A DNA stretch of 44,331 nucleotides from Modestobacter sp. (GCA_025966175.1 JAOPVN010000078.1:1-44331), one strand, 5' to 3'. Numbered from the stretch's first letter, positions 26,368-36,694 are shown. The notes: a model not told the origin generated them from the sequence alone. Translations and numbers: made by a program.

Positions 26368-27870
26368 TCAGCCGAGGGCCTGCTCCCGCAGGGCGCTCTT
26401 GTCGATCTTCTGCATCGCGGTGAGCGGCAGGTCCGGCACCGTCTCCACCCGGTCGGGGGCCTTGTAGTCCGCCAGGTGGTCGCGGACCCAGGCCCGCAGC
26501 TCCTCCCGGGTGGGCGGCGCCGCCGGATCGGCCGGCACCACGAAGGCCACCCCGATCTCGCCGATCACCGGAGCGGGGACGCCGACGATGGCGACCCGCG
26601 CCACCGCCGGATGGTCGGCCAGCACGTTCTCCACCTCGAGCGGGTAGACGTTGTACCCGCCCCGGATGTACATGTCGCCGCTGCGGCCCACCAGGACGAG
26701 GTTGCCCTCGTCGGTCAGTCGGCCCAGGTCGCCGCTGCGGAGCCAGCCGTCGTCGCCGAGCGCCTGCGCGGTGAGCTCCGGTGCCCGCCAGTAGCCGCGC
26801 ATCACGCAGTCGCCGTGGACCTGGACCCGGCCGACCGTCCCGGGGGCGACCGGCTCGCCGTCCTCGTCGACGACGCGTACCGCCACGCCCGCCTGCGGTC
26901 GCCCGACCGTGCGGGCCTGCACCTCGGGCGGATCGGTGGGCTCGGTCCCGCAGATCGACGGGGACTCCGTCATCGCATACCGGACGACGAGCGGCACGCC
27001 GAGCAGCTCGGCGACCCGTTCGACGAGCTCCGGCGCGGCCGGTGCGGTGGCCGCGATGCCCACCCGCAGGTGCTCCAGCCGGCCCGCGAGGTGCGGCTGT
27101 TCCAGCAGCTTGGACCACTGCGTCGGCACGCCGCCGGCCACGGTGATCCGCTCGTCGACGAGCACCCGCGCCATCTCCGCGGCCGACCAGGGCACCGCCC
27201 CGACCACCATCGTGATGCCCCAGGCGAGCTGGTCCCAGAGCTTGGCCATGTAGCCGGCGTGCGCGAAGGGCGTGGCGACGAGGCGCCGGTCGAAGGGCGC
27301 GCTCATCACCCCGGCCGACCGGGCCGCCGCAGCCAGGTTCCGGTGGTCGAACCAGGCGCCCTTGGGCACGCCGGTGGTGCCGCTGGTCCAGATGATCACC
27401 ACCGGGTCGGCCGGGTCGACGTCCGGCGCGGGGCCGGCCCCGGGCGGCCGGAGGCAGGCCGCCGCCAGCTCGCTGCGGGCCATCACCGGAATGCCCGCGG
27501 GCACCTCGGGCAGGCCGGCCTCGGCGTCCCGGATGACCAGCGCGGGCGCCGCCGTGCCGAGCACGGCGGTCACCTCCCGGACCCCGAGCCGGGTGTTCAG
27601 CCCGGTCGTGACCGCACCGAGCTGGGCGATCGCGGCGTAGCAGACGGCGTAGTCGATGCTGCTGGGCAGCATCAGGGCGACCACGTCGCCGCGGCGGATC
27701 CCGCGGTCGGCCAGCTCCGTGGCGAGCCCGCCGGCCGCGGCGGCCCAGCCGGCGAAGCTGATCCGCTGCCCGCCGTCGACGTAGGCCTCCCGCTCGCCGA
27801 ACTGCTCGGCGGCGGCCCGCAGGGCCTCCCCCAGCGTCGCCGGGTCCCCGACCAGCGGCGGCCTGCCCAC
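26368..27870 (-). CDS. Class I adenylate-forming acyl-CoA ligase
   Basis: WTSGTTGVPKG, YAMTE, SGDLG, YIRGGYNVYP, LTAMQK. Confidence 0.94.
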   Translation of the reverse strand: MGRPPLVGDPATLGEALRAAAEQFGEREAYVDGGQRISFAGWAAAAGGLATELADRGIRRGDVVALMLPSSIDYAVCYAAIAQLGAVTTGLNTRLGVREVTAVLGTAAPALVIRDAEAGLPEVPAGIPVMARSELAAACLRPPGAGPAPDVDPADPVVIIWTSGTTGVPKGAWFDHRNLAAAARSAGVMSAPFDRRLVATPFAHAGYMAKLWDQLAWGITMVVGAVPWSAAEMARVLVDERITVAGGVPTQWSKLLEQPHLAGRLEHLRVGIAATAPAAPELVERVAELLGVPLVVRYAMTESPSICGTEPTDPPEVQARTVGRPQAGVAVRVVDEDGEPVAPGTVGRVQVHGDCVMRGYWRAPELTAQALGDDGWLRSGDLGRLTDEGNLVLVGRSGDMYIRGGYNVYPLEVENVLADHPAVARVAIVGVPAPVIGEIGVAFVVPADPAAPPTREELRAWVRDHLADYKAPDRVETVPDLPLTAMQKIDKSALREQALG

Positions 27871-27875
27871 GCCGG

Positions 27876-29021
27876 CTAGTCCCGGCCGAGGATGACGGTG
27901 CCGCTGGAGCAGAACCAGCCGCCGGTGCCGCTCACGCAGGCGAGGCGGGCGTCGGGCACCTGGCGCGGCCCGCTCTCCCCGCGCAGCTGGCGGGCCGCCT
28001 CGACCAGGAGGAACAGCCCGCGCTGCCCGGGGTGGACGGCGGAGAGGCCACCGCCGTCGGTGTTGGTGGGCAGGGCGCCGCCCAGCCGCAGCGTGCCGCC
28101 CTCGACGAAGCTGCCGGCCTCGCCCTTCTTGCAGAAGCCGAGGTCCTCGAGGGTGATCAGCAGCATGTAGGTGAAGGCGTCGTAGAGCTCGGCGACGTCG
28201 ATGTCCTCCGGCGTCACCCCGGCCCGCTGGAAGGCCAGCGGGCCGGAGACCGCCGCCGGGCCGGTGGTCATGTCGTCCCACTGGCTCATCGAGACGTGGC
28301 TGACCGACTCGGCGGCGCCGAGCACCCAGACCGGGTCGCTGCGCAGGTCCGCGACCCGGTCCTCGGCGACCAGGACCACCGCGGCCCCGCCGTCGGAACG
28401 GATGCAGCAGTGCAGCTTGGTGAACGGGTCGGCGATCATCGGGCCGTCGAGGACGTCGGCGATCGTGATCGGGTCCCGGAAGGAGGCCTCGGGGTTCTCC
28501 GCGGCGTTGTACCGGGCGGACACGGCGATCTCGGCCAGCTGCTCGATCGTCGTCCCGTACTCGTGCATGTGCCGCCGGGCGGCCATCGCGTACTTGCTGA
28601 TCAGCGTGTGCCCGTAGGGCGACTCCCACTGCTGCGGACCGCGGGAGCCCCAGTTCAGGCTGGCGGTGCGCATCTTGCGGCGGAGGTCCGAGCGCGCGGT
28701 CGAGCCGTAGGTCAGCAGGACGACGTCGGCGTGGCCGGCGGCGATGGCGTCGGTCGCGTGCGCGGCCATGACCTCCCACGAGGCACCGCCGACGGTGGTC
28801 GAGTCGACCCACCGGGGGCGCAGGCCGAGGTACTCGGCGACGTCGATCGGCGCCAGCGTGCCCAGGCCGGTGGAGCCCAGTCCGTCCACGTCCCCGGGCT
28901 TCAGCCCGGCGTCGGCCAGCGCGCGCCGGCTGGCCTGCCCGATCAGCCCGTAGGGCGTCGCGTCGGGCACCGTGCCGACGTCGGACAGCGCGACCCCGGC
29001 GATGGCGACCCGGCGGTTCAT
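27876..29021 (-). CDS. Thiolase-superfamily protein (SCPx/Ltp2-type)
   Basis: VGGAS in place of the Cys motif, HCCIRSDGG, LYDAFT, NTDGGGLS, HPG. Confidence 0.92.
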   Translation of the reverse strand: MNRRVAIAGVALSDVGTVPDATPYGLIGQASRRALADAGLKPGDVDGLGSTGLGTLAPIDVAEYLGLRPRWVDSTTVGGASWEVMAAHATDAIAAGHADVVLLTYGSTARSDLRRKMRTASLNWGSRGPQQWESPYGHTLISKYAMAARRHMHEYGTTIEQLAEIAVSARYNAAENPEASFRDPITIADVLDGPMIADPFTKLHCCIRSDGGAAVVLVAEDRVADLRSDPVWVLGAAESVSHVSMSQWDDMTTGPAAVSGPLAFQRAGVTPEDIDVAELYDAFTYMLLITLEDLGFCKKGEAGSFVEGGTLRLGGALPTNTDGGGLSAVHPGQRGLFLLVEAARQLRGESGPRQVPDARLACVSGTGGWFCSSGTVILGRD

Positions 29022-29124
29022 GCCGCCGCTCCGGGAACGGTGCGGGTGCGGGACCCCTCCGGGTTCATGCGTCCTCCAACGACGGTGTTCGGGGGCGGGC
29101 AGGAGCGGATGTGCGGCGCCTGGA

Positions 29125-29184
29125 TCACTGCGGCGGCGGTCACGGCGGCAGCGGTCACTGCGGTGACGGTCACTGCGGCGCGGG
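29125..29184. repeat. Imperfect 15-bp tandem repeat x4 spanning a stop codon
   Basis: TCACTGCGGCGGCGG / TCACGGCGGCAGCGG / TCACTGCGGTGACGG / TCACTGCGGCGCGGG. Confidence 0.8.
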
Positions 29185-30198
29185 CAGCGCGATGATCTGG
29201 CCCAGGTGCTCGGTGCGTCCGCCCAGGACGTTCTCCAGCACCTCGACCCGCTTGACGAACAGGTGGGCGTCGTTCTCCCACGTGTAGCCCATGCCGCCGT
29301 GCACCTGCACGTTGCTGGCCGCGTTGACCGTGGCGGCGTGGGCGGCCACGACCTTCGCCGTCCGGGCCTGCAGCTCGGCGTCGTCCCGGCCCGACGCGAC
29401 GCTGACGGCGGCGAAGTAGACCTGGGCCATCCCCAGCTCGGCCTGCACGGCCATGTCCGCGCACTTGTGCTTGACCGCCTGGTTGACCCCGATCGGCCGG
29501 CCGAACTGCTCGCGGGTCTTGGCGTACTCGGTCGAGGCGTCCCGGCAGGCCTCGGCGATGCCGACCAGCATGGCGGCGGTGAGGACCAGCCCGCGCAGGT
29601 ACAGCGGCTGGACCGCGGCCGGCAGCCAGGCACTCACCGGGGCGTCCACGCCCGAGGCGGCGGCCAGCCGGACGCCGGGGTCGATGCTCGGCACCGGCTG
29701 CACGTCGCCCAGCTGCGCGGTCTCGACGAGGGCGGCGCCGGCCGGGCCCAGCAGCAGGACCAGCGGCGCGTCGACCGCGTCGATCAGGTCGAGGTCACCC
29801 CGGACCCGGTGCTCATTGAAGGTGCCGCCCGGGCGCAGCGCCGCCAGGCCCACGGCGGTCTTGCCGGCCACGACGGAGGCCACCAGGTCCCCGTCACCGA
29901 CGGCGACGGCGAGCTGGGCGGCCAGCACGGTGGACAGGAAGGGGCCCGGTGCGACCTGGCGGCCGAGCTCGCGGAAGAGGAGCGCCTCCTCCTCCACGCC
30001 GCAGCCCGCACCGCCGAGCTCCTCGGGGACCGACAGCCCGAAGAGCCCGAGGTCGGCACAGCCGGCCCAGGCGTGGGGGTCGAGGGACGAGGACTCGTCG
30101 GCGCGCTGCCGGATCCGGTCGCGGGGCAGCTCCTCGGCCAGGAAGTCCGCCGCCACCCGGGCGAGGTCCAGCTGGTCTGCGGAGGGCAGGAGGTCCAT
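29170..30198 (-). CDS. Acyl-CoA dehydrogenase, short subunit of a heteromeric pair
   Basis: ATG at 30198. REQFGRPIG, QAVKH, VHGGMGYTWE; lacks the FSEP..GSD motif. Confidence 0.92.
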   Translation of the reverse strand: MDLLPSADQLDLARVAADFLAEELPRDRIRQRADESSSLDPHAWAGCADLGLFGLSVPEELGGAGCGVEEEALLFRELGRQVAPGPFLSTVLAAQLAVAVGDGDLVASVVAGKTAVGLAALRPGGTFNEHRVRGDLDLIDAVDAPLVLLLGPAGAALVETAQLGDVQPVPSIDPGVRLAAASGVDAPVSAWLPAAVQPLYLRGLVLTAAMLVGIAEACRDASTEYAKTREQFGRPIGVNQAVKHKCADMAVQAELGMAQVYFAAVSVASGRDDAELQARTAKVVAAHAATVNAASNVQVHGGMGYTWENDAHLFVKRVEVLENVLGGRTEHLGQIIALPAPQ

Positions 30199-30211
30199 GG
30201 GTCGCTTCCTC

Positions 30212-31384
30212 TCAGCGGGGCAGGCCGAGGATGCGGTCCCCGATGATGTTGCGCTGTACCTCCGAGGTGCCACCCCCGATCGTCTGCGAGTACGAGTACA
30301 GGTAGTTGCCCGACCAGCCACCGGGCACCCAGCGGGAGACGTAGCGCAGGCCGTCCTGGCCGAGGATGTCCATCGCCAGCCGGGCGACGTGCTTGACCAT
30401 CTCGGAGTAGTAGAGCTTCACGATCGAGCCCTCCGGACCGGGCGTGCCGGTCCGGGCGCTGCGGGAGATGCCCACGTAGGTCATCGCGCGCAGCGCGGCC
30501 ACCTCGGCCCGGGCGGTTGCCAGCCGGCGGGCCAGCTCGTCGTCGGCGATCGCCGGACGGCGCCCGTCGGGACCCGTGCGCTCCTTCGCCAGCTCGATCA
30601 GCTGCTCCACCGTGGACGCGAGCCGCACCTGGCCGGCGGTGAACGCCGTCCCGCGCTCGAAGGACAGCGTCGACATCGCGACGCTCCAGCCCTGGTCCAC
30701 CTCCCCCACCACGTTGGCCAGCGGGATGCGGACGTCGTCGTAGAAGACCTCGCAGAACTCGGCCTCGCCGTCCATCGTCCGGATCGGGCGGACCTCGATG
30801 CCCGGGGTGTGCATGTCGCAGATGACCCAGGTGATGCCCTGGTGCTTGGAGCCGGTCCGGCTGGTGCGTACCAGCAGCTCCTGCCAGTCGGCGACGTGCG
30901 CGAAGCTGGTCCAGATCTTCTGGCCACTGACCACCAGGTCATCGCCGTCGATCTCGGCCCGGGTGCTGAGGGCGGCCAGGTCGGAGCCGGCGCCGGGTTC
31001 GGAGAACCCCTGGCACCACACGACCTCCCCGGCGAGGATCTGCCGCAGGTGCTGGGCCTTCTGGTCGTCCCGGGCGCGGGTCATCAGCGTCGGGCCGGCG
31101 TGGTTCAGCCCCACGAAGTTGGCGTCGACGCTCGGGAGCCCGGCCCGGCCGTACTCCTCGAACCAGATGAGCTGCTCGATGAGGGACAGCCCGCGGCCGC
31201 CGTACTCGGTCGGCCACGAGATGCCGGCCCAGCCACCCTCGAACTGGGTGCGCTGCCAGGCCAGGTCGTACTCGCGGATCCCGGCGGCCGCCCGGGGGCG
31301 CTCGTGCCGGGGCTTGTTGTCGTGCAACCACGTGCGGACCTGGTCGCGGAAGTCGCGCTGGTCGGCGGAGAAGTCGAGGTCCAT
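30212..31384 (-). CDS. Acyl-CoA dehydrogenase, catalytic subunit of a heteromeric pair
   Basis: WCQGFSEPGAGSDL, GQKIWTS, LSFERG, IGGGTSEVQRNII. Confidence 0.95.
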   Translation of the reverse strand: MDLDFSADQRDFRDQVRTWLHDNKPRHERPRAAAGIREYDLAWQRTQFEGGWAGISWPTEYGGRGLSLIEQLIWFEEYGRAGLPSVDANFVGLNHAGPTLMTRARDDQKAQHLRQILAGEVVWCQGFSEPGAGSDLAALSTRAEIDGDDLVVSGQKIWTSFAHVADWQELLVRTSRTGSKHQGITWVICDMHTPGIEVRPIRTMDGEAEFCEVFYDDVRIPLANVVGEVDQGWSVAMSTLSFERGTAFTAGQVRLASTVEQLIELAKERTGPDGRRPAIADDELARRLATARAEVAALRAMTYVGISRSARTGTPGPEGSIVKLYYSEMVKHVARLAMDILGQDGLRYVSRWVPGGWSGNYLYSYSQTIGGGTSEVQRNIIGDRILGLPR

Positions 31385-31398
31385 CTGCACCTTCTTGC

Positions 31399-31444
31399 AT
31401 CTGACACCGGAGTCTGGTGTGACGACTGTGTCAGATACTAGCCT
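31399..31444. promoter_or_regulatory. Double inverted operator with overlapping divergent -10 boxes
   Basis: ATCTGAC-ACCGGA-GTCT and TGAC-GACTGT-GTCAGAT; outer perfect inverted repeat ATCTGACAC/GTGTCAGAT; TAGTAT (-) and TAGCCT (+). Confidence 0.72.
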
Positions 31445-31551
31445 GGGGGTGCACCCGGGACGGGCGTCGTCCGCACGGACACCCCCGCCCGACTCAGTAC
31501 GAGGGACCGGCCGCACGGGCCGGTCCCGGCACCGGTCCCCGAGGAGACGAC

Positions 31552-32709
31552 GTGGCCCAGCTCACCGCCGAAGAAGGTCAGATCGTCGACCTGGTCGCCG
31601 AGTTCGTCGACAAGGAGGTCCGCCCTGTCGTCCAGGCGCTCGAGCACGCCAACACCTACCCCGAGGCGCTCATCGAGCAGATGAAGCAGCTCGGGGTGTT
31701 CGGGCTGGCGATCCCCGAGCCCTACGGCGACTTCGGGGTGTCCACGACCTGCTACGCCCTGGTGACCGAGCAGCTGGCGCGCGGCTGGATGAGCCTGGCC
31801 GGCTCGTTCGGCGGGCACTCCGTGGTCTCCAAGCTGCTGCTGCGCTACGGCACCGAGGAGCAGAAGCAGCGCTACCTGCCCCGGATGGCGACCGGTGAGC
31901 TGCGGGCGACGATGGCCCTCACCGAGCCCGGGGGCGGGTCGGACCTGCAGGCGATGCGCACCGTCGCCCGTCGCGACGGGGACGACTGGGTGGTGAACGG
32001 GTCCAAGACCTGGATCACCAACGCCCGCCGCGCCGGCCTGGTCGCCCTGCTGGTCAAGACCGATCCGACCGCGCAGCCCGCGCACCGCGGGATCAGCATC
32101 CTGCTGTCGGAGAAGGGGGACGGCTTCGCCGTCTCCAAGGACCTGCCCAAGCTCGGCTACAAGGGCGTGGAGAGCTGCGAGCTGCACTTCGACGACCACC
32201 GGCTGCCCGCCGACGCGGTGCTCGGCGGGGAACCCGGCAAGGGCTTCGCGCAGATGATGGCCGGCCTCGAGGTGGGTCGGATCCAGGTGGCCGCCCGGGC
32301 GGTCGGCGTGGCCCAGGCCGCCTTCGACGACGCCCTGCGGTACGCCCAGGAGCGCGAGGCCTTCGGCAAGCCGATCTGGCAGCACCAGTCGATCGGCAAC
32401 TACCTCGCCGACATGGACACCAGCATCGAGGCAGCGCGCGGCCTGGTCCTGCGCGCAGCCGAGACCTTCGACACCGGCGGCCGCGCCGACCTGCAGTCGG
32501 GCCAGGCGAAGCTGTTCGCCTCCGAGATGGCCGCCAAGGTCACCCTCGACGCGATCCGCATCCACGGCGGCTACGGCTACTCGACCGAGTTCGACGTCGA
32601 GCGTTACTTCCGCGATGCCCCGCTGATGATCGTCGGCGAGGGCACCAACGAGATCCTCCGCGGCGTGATCGCCCGTCAGCTGGTCCAGCGGGGGTCGGCG
32701 CGCCGGTGA
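31552..32709 (+). CDS. Acyl-CoA dehydrogenase (SCAD/IBD-like)
   Basis: ALTEPGGGSD, NGSKTWITN, IHGGYGY, YFRDA, GEGTNEI. Confidence 0.95.
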   Translation: MAQLTAEEGQIVDLVAEFVDKEVRPVVQALEHANTYPEALIEQMKQLGVFGLAIPEPYGDFGVSTTCYALVTEQLARGWMSLAGSFGGHSVVSKLLLRYGTEEQKQRYLPRMATGELRATMALTEPGGGSDLQAMRTVARRDGDDWVVNGSKTWITNARRAGLVALLVKTDPTAQPAHRGISILLSEKGDGFAVSKDLPKLGYKGVESCELHFDDHRLPADAVLGGEPGKGFAQMMAGLEVGRIQVAARAVGVAQAAFDDALRYAQEREAFGKPIWQHQSIGNYLADMDTSIEAARGLVLRAAETFDTGGRADLQSGQAKLFASEMAAKVTLDAIRIHGGYGYSTEFDVERYFRDAPLMIVGEGTNEILRGVIARQLVQRGSARR

Positions 32710-32779
32710 CGACGCCGCGAGGACGTACTCCCCACCCACGTTCCGTGCGGTGGGACAACCCAGCACAGGAGGAGGACCG

Positions 32780-33550
32780 ATGACCCTGGCAGGCAGCGTG
32801 GCCGTGGTGACCGGCGGAGCAGGCGGACTCGGCGAGGCCGTCGTCCGTGAGTTCGTGAAGGCCGGCGCGAAGGTCGTGATCAGCGATCTGTCGGAGGAGC
32901 GGGGCCAGCGGCTGGCCGAGGAGCTCGGGGACGCCGCGGTGTACGTGCCGACCGACGTGCTGAGCGACGAGAGCATCGCCGGGGCCATCGAGGCGGCCCG
33001 TGGACTGGGGACGCTGCGGTACGCGGTCGTGGCCCACGGCGGGTTCGGCGTGGCCGAGCGCGTCGTCGGCCGGGACCACACTCCGGCCACGATGGCGGGC
33101 TTCACCAAGACCATCGAGCTCTACCTCACCGGCACCTACAACGTGCTGCGGCTGCTGGCCGCCGAGATCGCCAGCGCCGAGCCCGACGACGACGGGCAGC
33201 GGGGCGCGGTGGTGACCACCTCCAGCATCGCCGCCTTCGAGGGCCAGATCGGGCAGTCGGCCTACGCCGCGGCCAAGGGCGGGGTCGCCGGCCTCACCCT
33301 GGCGGCGGCCCGCGACCTGGCAGTGCTGGGCATCCGGGTGGTCTGCATCGCGCCGGGGACCTTCATGACCCCGGCGATGGAGCGGGTCGGCGAGGAGGCG
33401 CTCGCGAAGTTCGGCGCCTCCGTCCCCAACCCGTCCCGGTTGGGCAGGCCCGCGGAGTACGCCGCGCTGGCCCGCCACATCTGCGAGAACGACTACCTCA
33501 ACGGAGAGACGATCCGCATCGACGGGGCGCAGCGCTTCCAGCCCCGCTGA
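32780..33550 (+). CDS. SDR, 3-hydroxyacyl-CoA dehydrogenase type II (HSD10-like)
   Basis: TGGAGGLG, SSIAAFEGQIGQSAYAAAKGG, NDYLNGETIRIDG. Confidence 0.93.
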   Translation: MTLAGSVAVVTGGAGGLGEAVVREFVKAGAKVVISDLSEERGQRLAEELGDAAVYVPTDVLSDESIAGAIEAARGLGTLRYAVVAHGGFGVAERVVGRDHTPATMAGFTKTIELYLTGTYNVLRLLAAEIASAEPDDDGQRGAVVTTSSIAAFEGQIGQSAYAAAKGGVAGLTLAAARDLAVLGIRVVCIAPGTFMTPAMERVGEEALAKFGASVPNPSRLGRPAEYAALARHICENDYLNGETIRIDGAQRFQPR

Positions 33551-33557
33551 CCCACCA

Positions 33558-33591
33558 CCGTCCGCTGCCGGCGCCCGCCGGCAGCGGACGG
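33558..33591 (+). terminator. Strong intercistronic stem-loop
   Basis: CCGTCCGCTGCCGGCG-CC-CGCCGGCAGCGGACGG. Confidence 0.55.
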
Positions 33592-33679
33592 GCCCCGGGG
33601 ACCGCACCGCAGCCGGGGTGGCCGCCGCCGTACCGAACCGTCCGGGATCACCTGGACCAGCTCCCCCTGAGAGGGACTC

Positions 33680-35620
33680 ATGGACAACCCCGTGGACGCC
33701 GCACTGCCGCCGCGCCCCGCCGGAGCACGCACCGTCGAGCAGCGCAACCGGGTGGTCATCCGCTTCGCCGGTGACTCCGGCGACGGCATGCAGCTGACCG
33801 GCGACCGGTTCACCTCGGCCGCCGCCGCCTTCGGCAACGACCTGGCGACCATGCCCGACTTCCCTGCCGAGATCCGTGCCCCGCACGGGACGCTGGCTGG
33901 GGTGAGCAGCTTCCAGCTGCACTTCGCCGACTACGACATCCTGACCCCGGGCGACCGGCCGGACGTGCTGGTGGCGATGAACCCGGCGGCGCTGAAGGCG
34001 AACCTTCGGGACCTGCCCGCCGGCGGTGCGCTGATCGTCGACACCGACGAGTTCACCAAGCGCAACCTGACCAAGGTCGGGTACGCCGAGGACCCGCTGG
34101 CGGAGGGGGCGCTGTCCTCCTACACGGTGCACCGGGTGCCGATGACCTCGCTGACCACCGCGGCGCTGGAGTCCCTGGGCATCGGCAAGAAGGACGCCGA
34201 GCGCAGCAAGAACATGTTCGCGCTGGGCCTGCTGTCCTGGATGTACTCCCGTCCCACCGAGGGCACCGAGCGCTGGCTGCGGGACAAGTTCGCCAAGCGC
34301 CCGGAGATCGCCGAGGCCAACGTGGTGGCCTTCCGCACCGGGCACGCCTACGGGGAGACGACGGAGTCCTTCGCCGTCACCTACGAGGTCGCCCCGGCAG
34401 CGCTGCCGGACGGCACCTACCGGCAGATCACCGGGAACACCGCACTCGCCTACGGCATCGTCACGGCCGGCCAGCAGTCCGGCCTGCCGGTCTTCCTGGG
34501 CAGCTACCCGATCACCCCGGCCTCGGACATCCTGCACGAGCTCAGCCGGCTCAAGCGCTTCGGCGTCACGACCTTCCAGGCCGAGGACGAGATCGCCGGC
34601 ATCGGCGCCGCGCTCGGGGCCGCCTACGGCGGGGCGATCGGGGTGACGACGACGTCCGGCCCGGGGCTGGCGCTCAAGAGCGAGGCGATCGGCCTGGCGG
34701 TGATGACCGAGCTGCCGCTGCTCATCGTCGACGTGCAGCGTGGTGGCCCGTCCACCGGGCTGCCCACCAAGACCGAGCAGTCCGACCTGCTGCAGGCCAT
34801 GTTCGGGCGCAACGGCGAGGCCCCGGTGCCCGTCGTGGCGCCCCGGTCACCGGCCGACGCCTTCGACGCGGCGGTGGACGCCGTCCGCATCGCGCTGGCC
34901 TACCGGACGCCGGTGCTGCTGCTCTCCGACGGCGCCATCGCCAACGGCTCCGAGCCGTGGCGGGTGCCCGAGGACGACGAGCTGCCCGACCTCGGCGTGG
35001 AGTTCGCGACCGAGCCGAACGGGCCCGACGGCTCGTTCCTGCCCTATGCCCGCGATCCGGAGACCCTCGCCCGGCCCTGGGCGGTGCCCGGCACCCCCGG
35101 CCTCGCGCACCGGATCGGCGGGCTGGAGAAGGCCGACGGCACCGGCAACATCTCCTACGACTCGGCCAACCACGAGTTCATGGTCCGGGTGCGCCAGGCC
35201 CGGATCGACGGCATCGCGGTGCCGGACCTGGAGGTCGACGACCCCACCGGGGACGCCGACGTCCTGGTGCTGGGCTGGGGGTCCACCTACGGGCCGATCG
35301 GCGCGGCCGCCCGCCGGCTGCGCACCGCCGGGCACCGCGTCGCGCAGGCCCACGTGCGCCACCTCAACCCGCTGCCGGCCAACACCGAGGCCGTGCTGCG
35401 GTCCTACCGCCAGGTGATCGTCCCCGAGATGAACCTCGGGCAGCTCGCGTTCCTCCTCCAGGGCCGCTACTGCATCCCGGTCACCTCGATCACCAAGGTG
35501 GCCGGGCTGCCCTTCGGCGCCGAGGAGCTCGCCGACCGGTTGGCTGCGCACCTGGTGGCCCCGCCGCTGCAGAACCCGCCCCTGCAGGACACCGACCAGA
35601 AGGAAGAGGTACCGGCATGA
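33680..35620 (+). CDS. korA: 2-oxoacid:ferredoxin oxidoreductase alpha subunit
   Basis: [46 protein letters not shown]. Confidence 0.96.
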   Translation: MDNPVDAALPPRPAGARTVEQRNRVVIRFAGDSGDGMQLTGDRFTSAAAAFGNDLATMPDFPAEIRAPHGTLAGVSSFQLHFADYDILTPGDRPDVLVAMNPAALKANLRDLPAGGALIVDTDEFTKRNLTKVGYAEDPLAEGALSSYTVHRVPMTSLTTAALESLGIGKKDAERSKNMFALGLLSWMYSRPTEGTERWLRDKFAKRPEIAEANVVAFRTGHAYGETTESFAVTYEVAPAALPDGTYRQITGNTALAYGIVTAGQQSGLPVFLGSYPITPASDILHELSRLKRFGVTTFQAEDEIAGIGAALGAAYGGAIGVTTTSGPGLALKSEAIGLAVMTELPLLIVDVQRGGPSTGLPTKTEQSDLLQAMFGRNGEAPVPVVAPRSPADAFDAAVDAVRIALAYRTPVLLLSDGAIANGSEPWRVPEDDELPDLGVEFATEPNGPDGSFLPYARDPETLARPWAVPGTPGLAHRIGGLEKADGTGNISYDSANHEFMVRVRQARIDGIAVPDLEVDDPTGDADVLVLGWGSTYGPIGAAARRLRTAGHRVAQAHVRHLNPLPANTEAVLRSYRQVIVPEMNLGQLAFLLQGRYCIPVTSITKVAGLPFGAEELADRLAAHLVAPPLQNPPLQDTDQKEEVPA

Positions 35621-36690
35621 CCACCGTCGACCTGGGCCTGCCCGTCCGCGGAGGCCTGGACCTGGTGCCCACCGCCGAGGACGTGCAGAAGGCCAAGGAC
35701 TACGCCAGCGACCAGGAGGTCCGCTGGTGCCCCGGCTGCGGTGACTACGCCGTGCTGGCCGCCGTCCGCTCCTTCCTGCCGACGCTGTCGATCAAGCGGG
35801 AGAACACCGTCTTCGTCTCCGGGATCGGGTGCTCCTCGCGGTTCCCGTACTACCTGGACACCTACGGCATGCACTCGATCCACGGCCGGGCCCCGGCGAT
35901 CGCCACCGGGCTGGCCGTCTCCCGCCCGGACCTGAGCGTGTTCGTGGTGACCGGGGACGGCGACGCGCTGTCCATCGGCGGCAACCACCTCATCCACGCC
36001 CTGCGGCGCAACGTGAACATGACGATCCTGCTGTTCAACAACCGGATCTACGGGCTGACCAAGGGCCAGTACTCCCCCACCAGCGAGGTCGGGAAGGTCA
36101 CCAAGTCCACCCCGATGGGCTCGCTGGACCACCCCTTCAACCCGGTGTCGCTGGCGCTCGGTGCCGAGGCGACGTTCGTCGGGCGGGCGATGGACTCCGA
36201 CCGGGCCGGCCTGACGGCCGTTCTCGAGGCGGCGGCGAAGCACCGCGGCGCCTCGCTGGTGGAGATCTACCAGGACTGCCCGATCTTCAACGACGGCTCC
36301 TTCGACGTCCTGCGCAAGCCGGACGAGTCGGAGTCCCGGGTGATCCAGGTGACCCACGGGCAGCCGATCACCTTCGGCACCGACGGCCGCTGGGCGGTCG
36401 TCCGCCGCGGCTTCGGGCTCGCCGTCGCCCCGATCGCGGAGGTCGACCCGGCCGACGTCGTCGTCCACGACGCGACCGACCACGAACTGGCCTTCGCCCT
36501 CTCCCGGTTGTCCGACCAGGCCCTGGACCACGCCGTCTTCGGTGTGCTGCGCCAGGTGCAGCGGCCCACGTACGACGACCTGACCCGAGCGCAGGTCGAG
36601 CAGGCCGTCACCGCGGCGGACGCGGCCGGCGGCCCGGACCTGCACGGCCTGCTGCACGGGGCGGACACCTGGACGATCGCCGGCCGCTGA
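35617..36690 (+). CDS. korB: 2-oxoacid:ferredoxin oxidoreductase beta subunit
   Basis: WCPGCG, SGIGCS, HGR, GDGD...NN TPP-binding motif, YGLTKGQ, QDCP. Confidence 0.96.
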   Translation: MTTVDLGLPVRGGLDLVPTAEDVQKAKDYASDQEVRWCPGCGDYAVLAAVRSFLPTLSIKRENTVFVSGIGCSSRFPYYLDTYGMHSIHGRAPAIATGLAVSRPDLSVFVVTGDGDALSIGGNHLIHALRRNVNMTILLFNNRIYGLTKGQYSPTSEVGKVTKSTPMGSLDHPFNPVSLALGAEATFVGRAMDSDRAGLTAVLEAAAKHRGASLVEIYQDCPIFNDGSFDVLRKPDESESRVIQVTHGQPITFGTDGRWAVVRRGFGLAVAPIAEVDPADVVVHDATDHELAFALSRLSDQALDHAVFGVLRQVQRPTYDDLTRAQVEQAVTAADAAGGPDLHGLLHGADTWTIAGR

Positions 36691-36694
36691 CCGG

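Noticed and set aside
29125-29184. Possible CRISPR array
   Set aside because: 15-bp contiguous units with no unique spacers and no cas genes.
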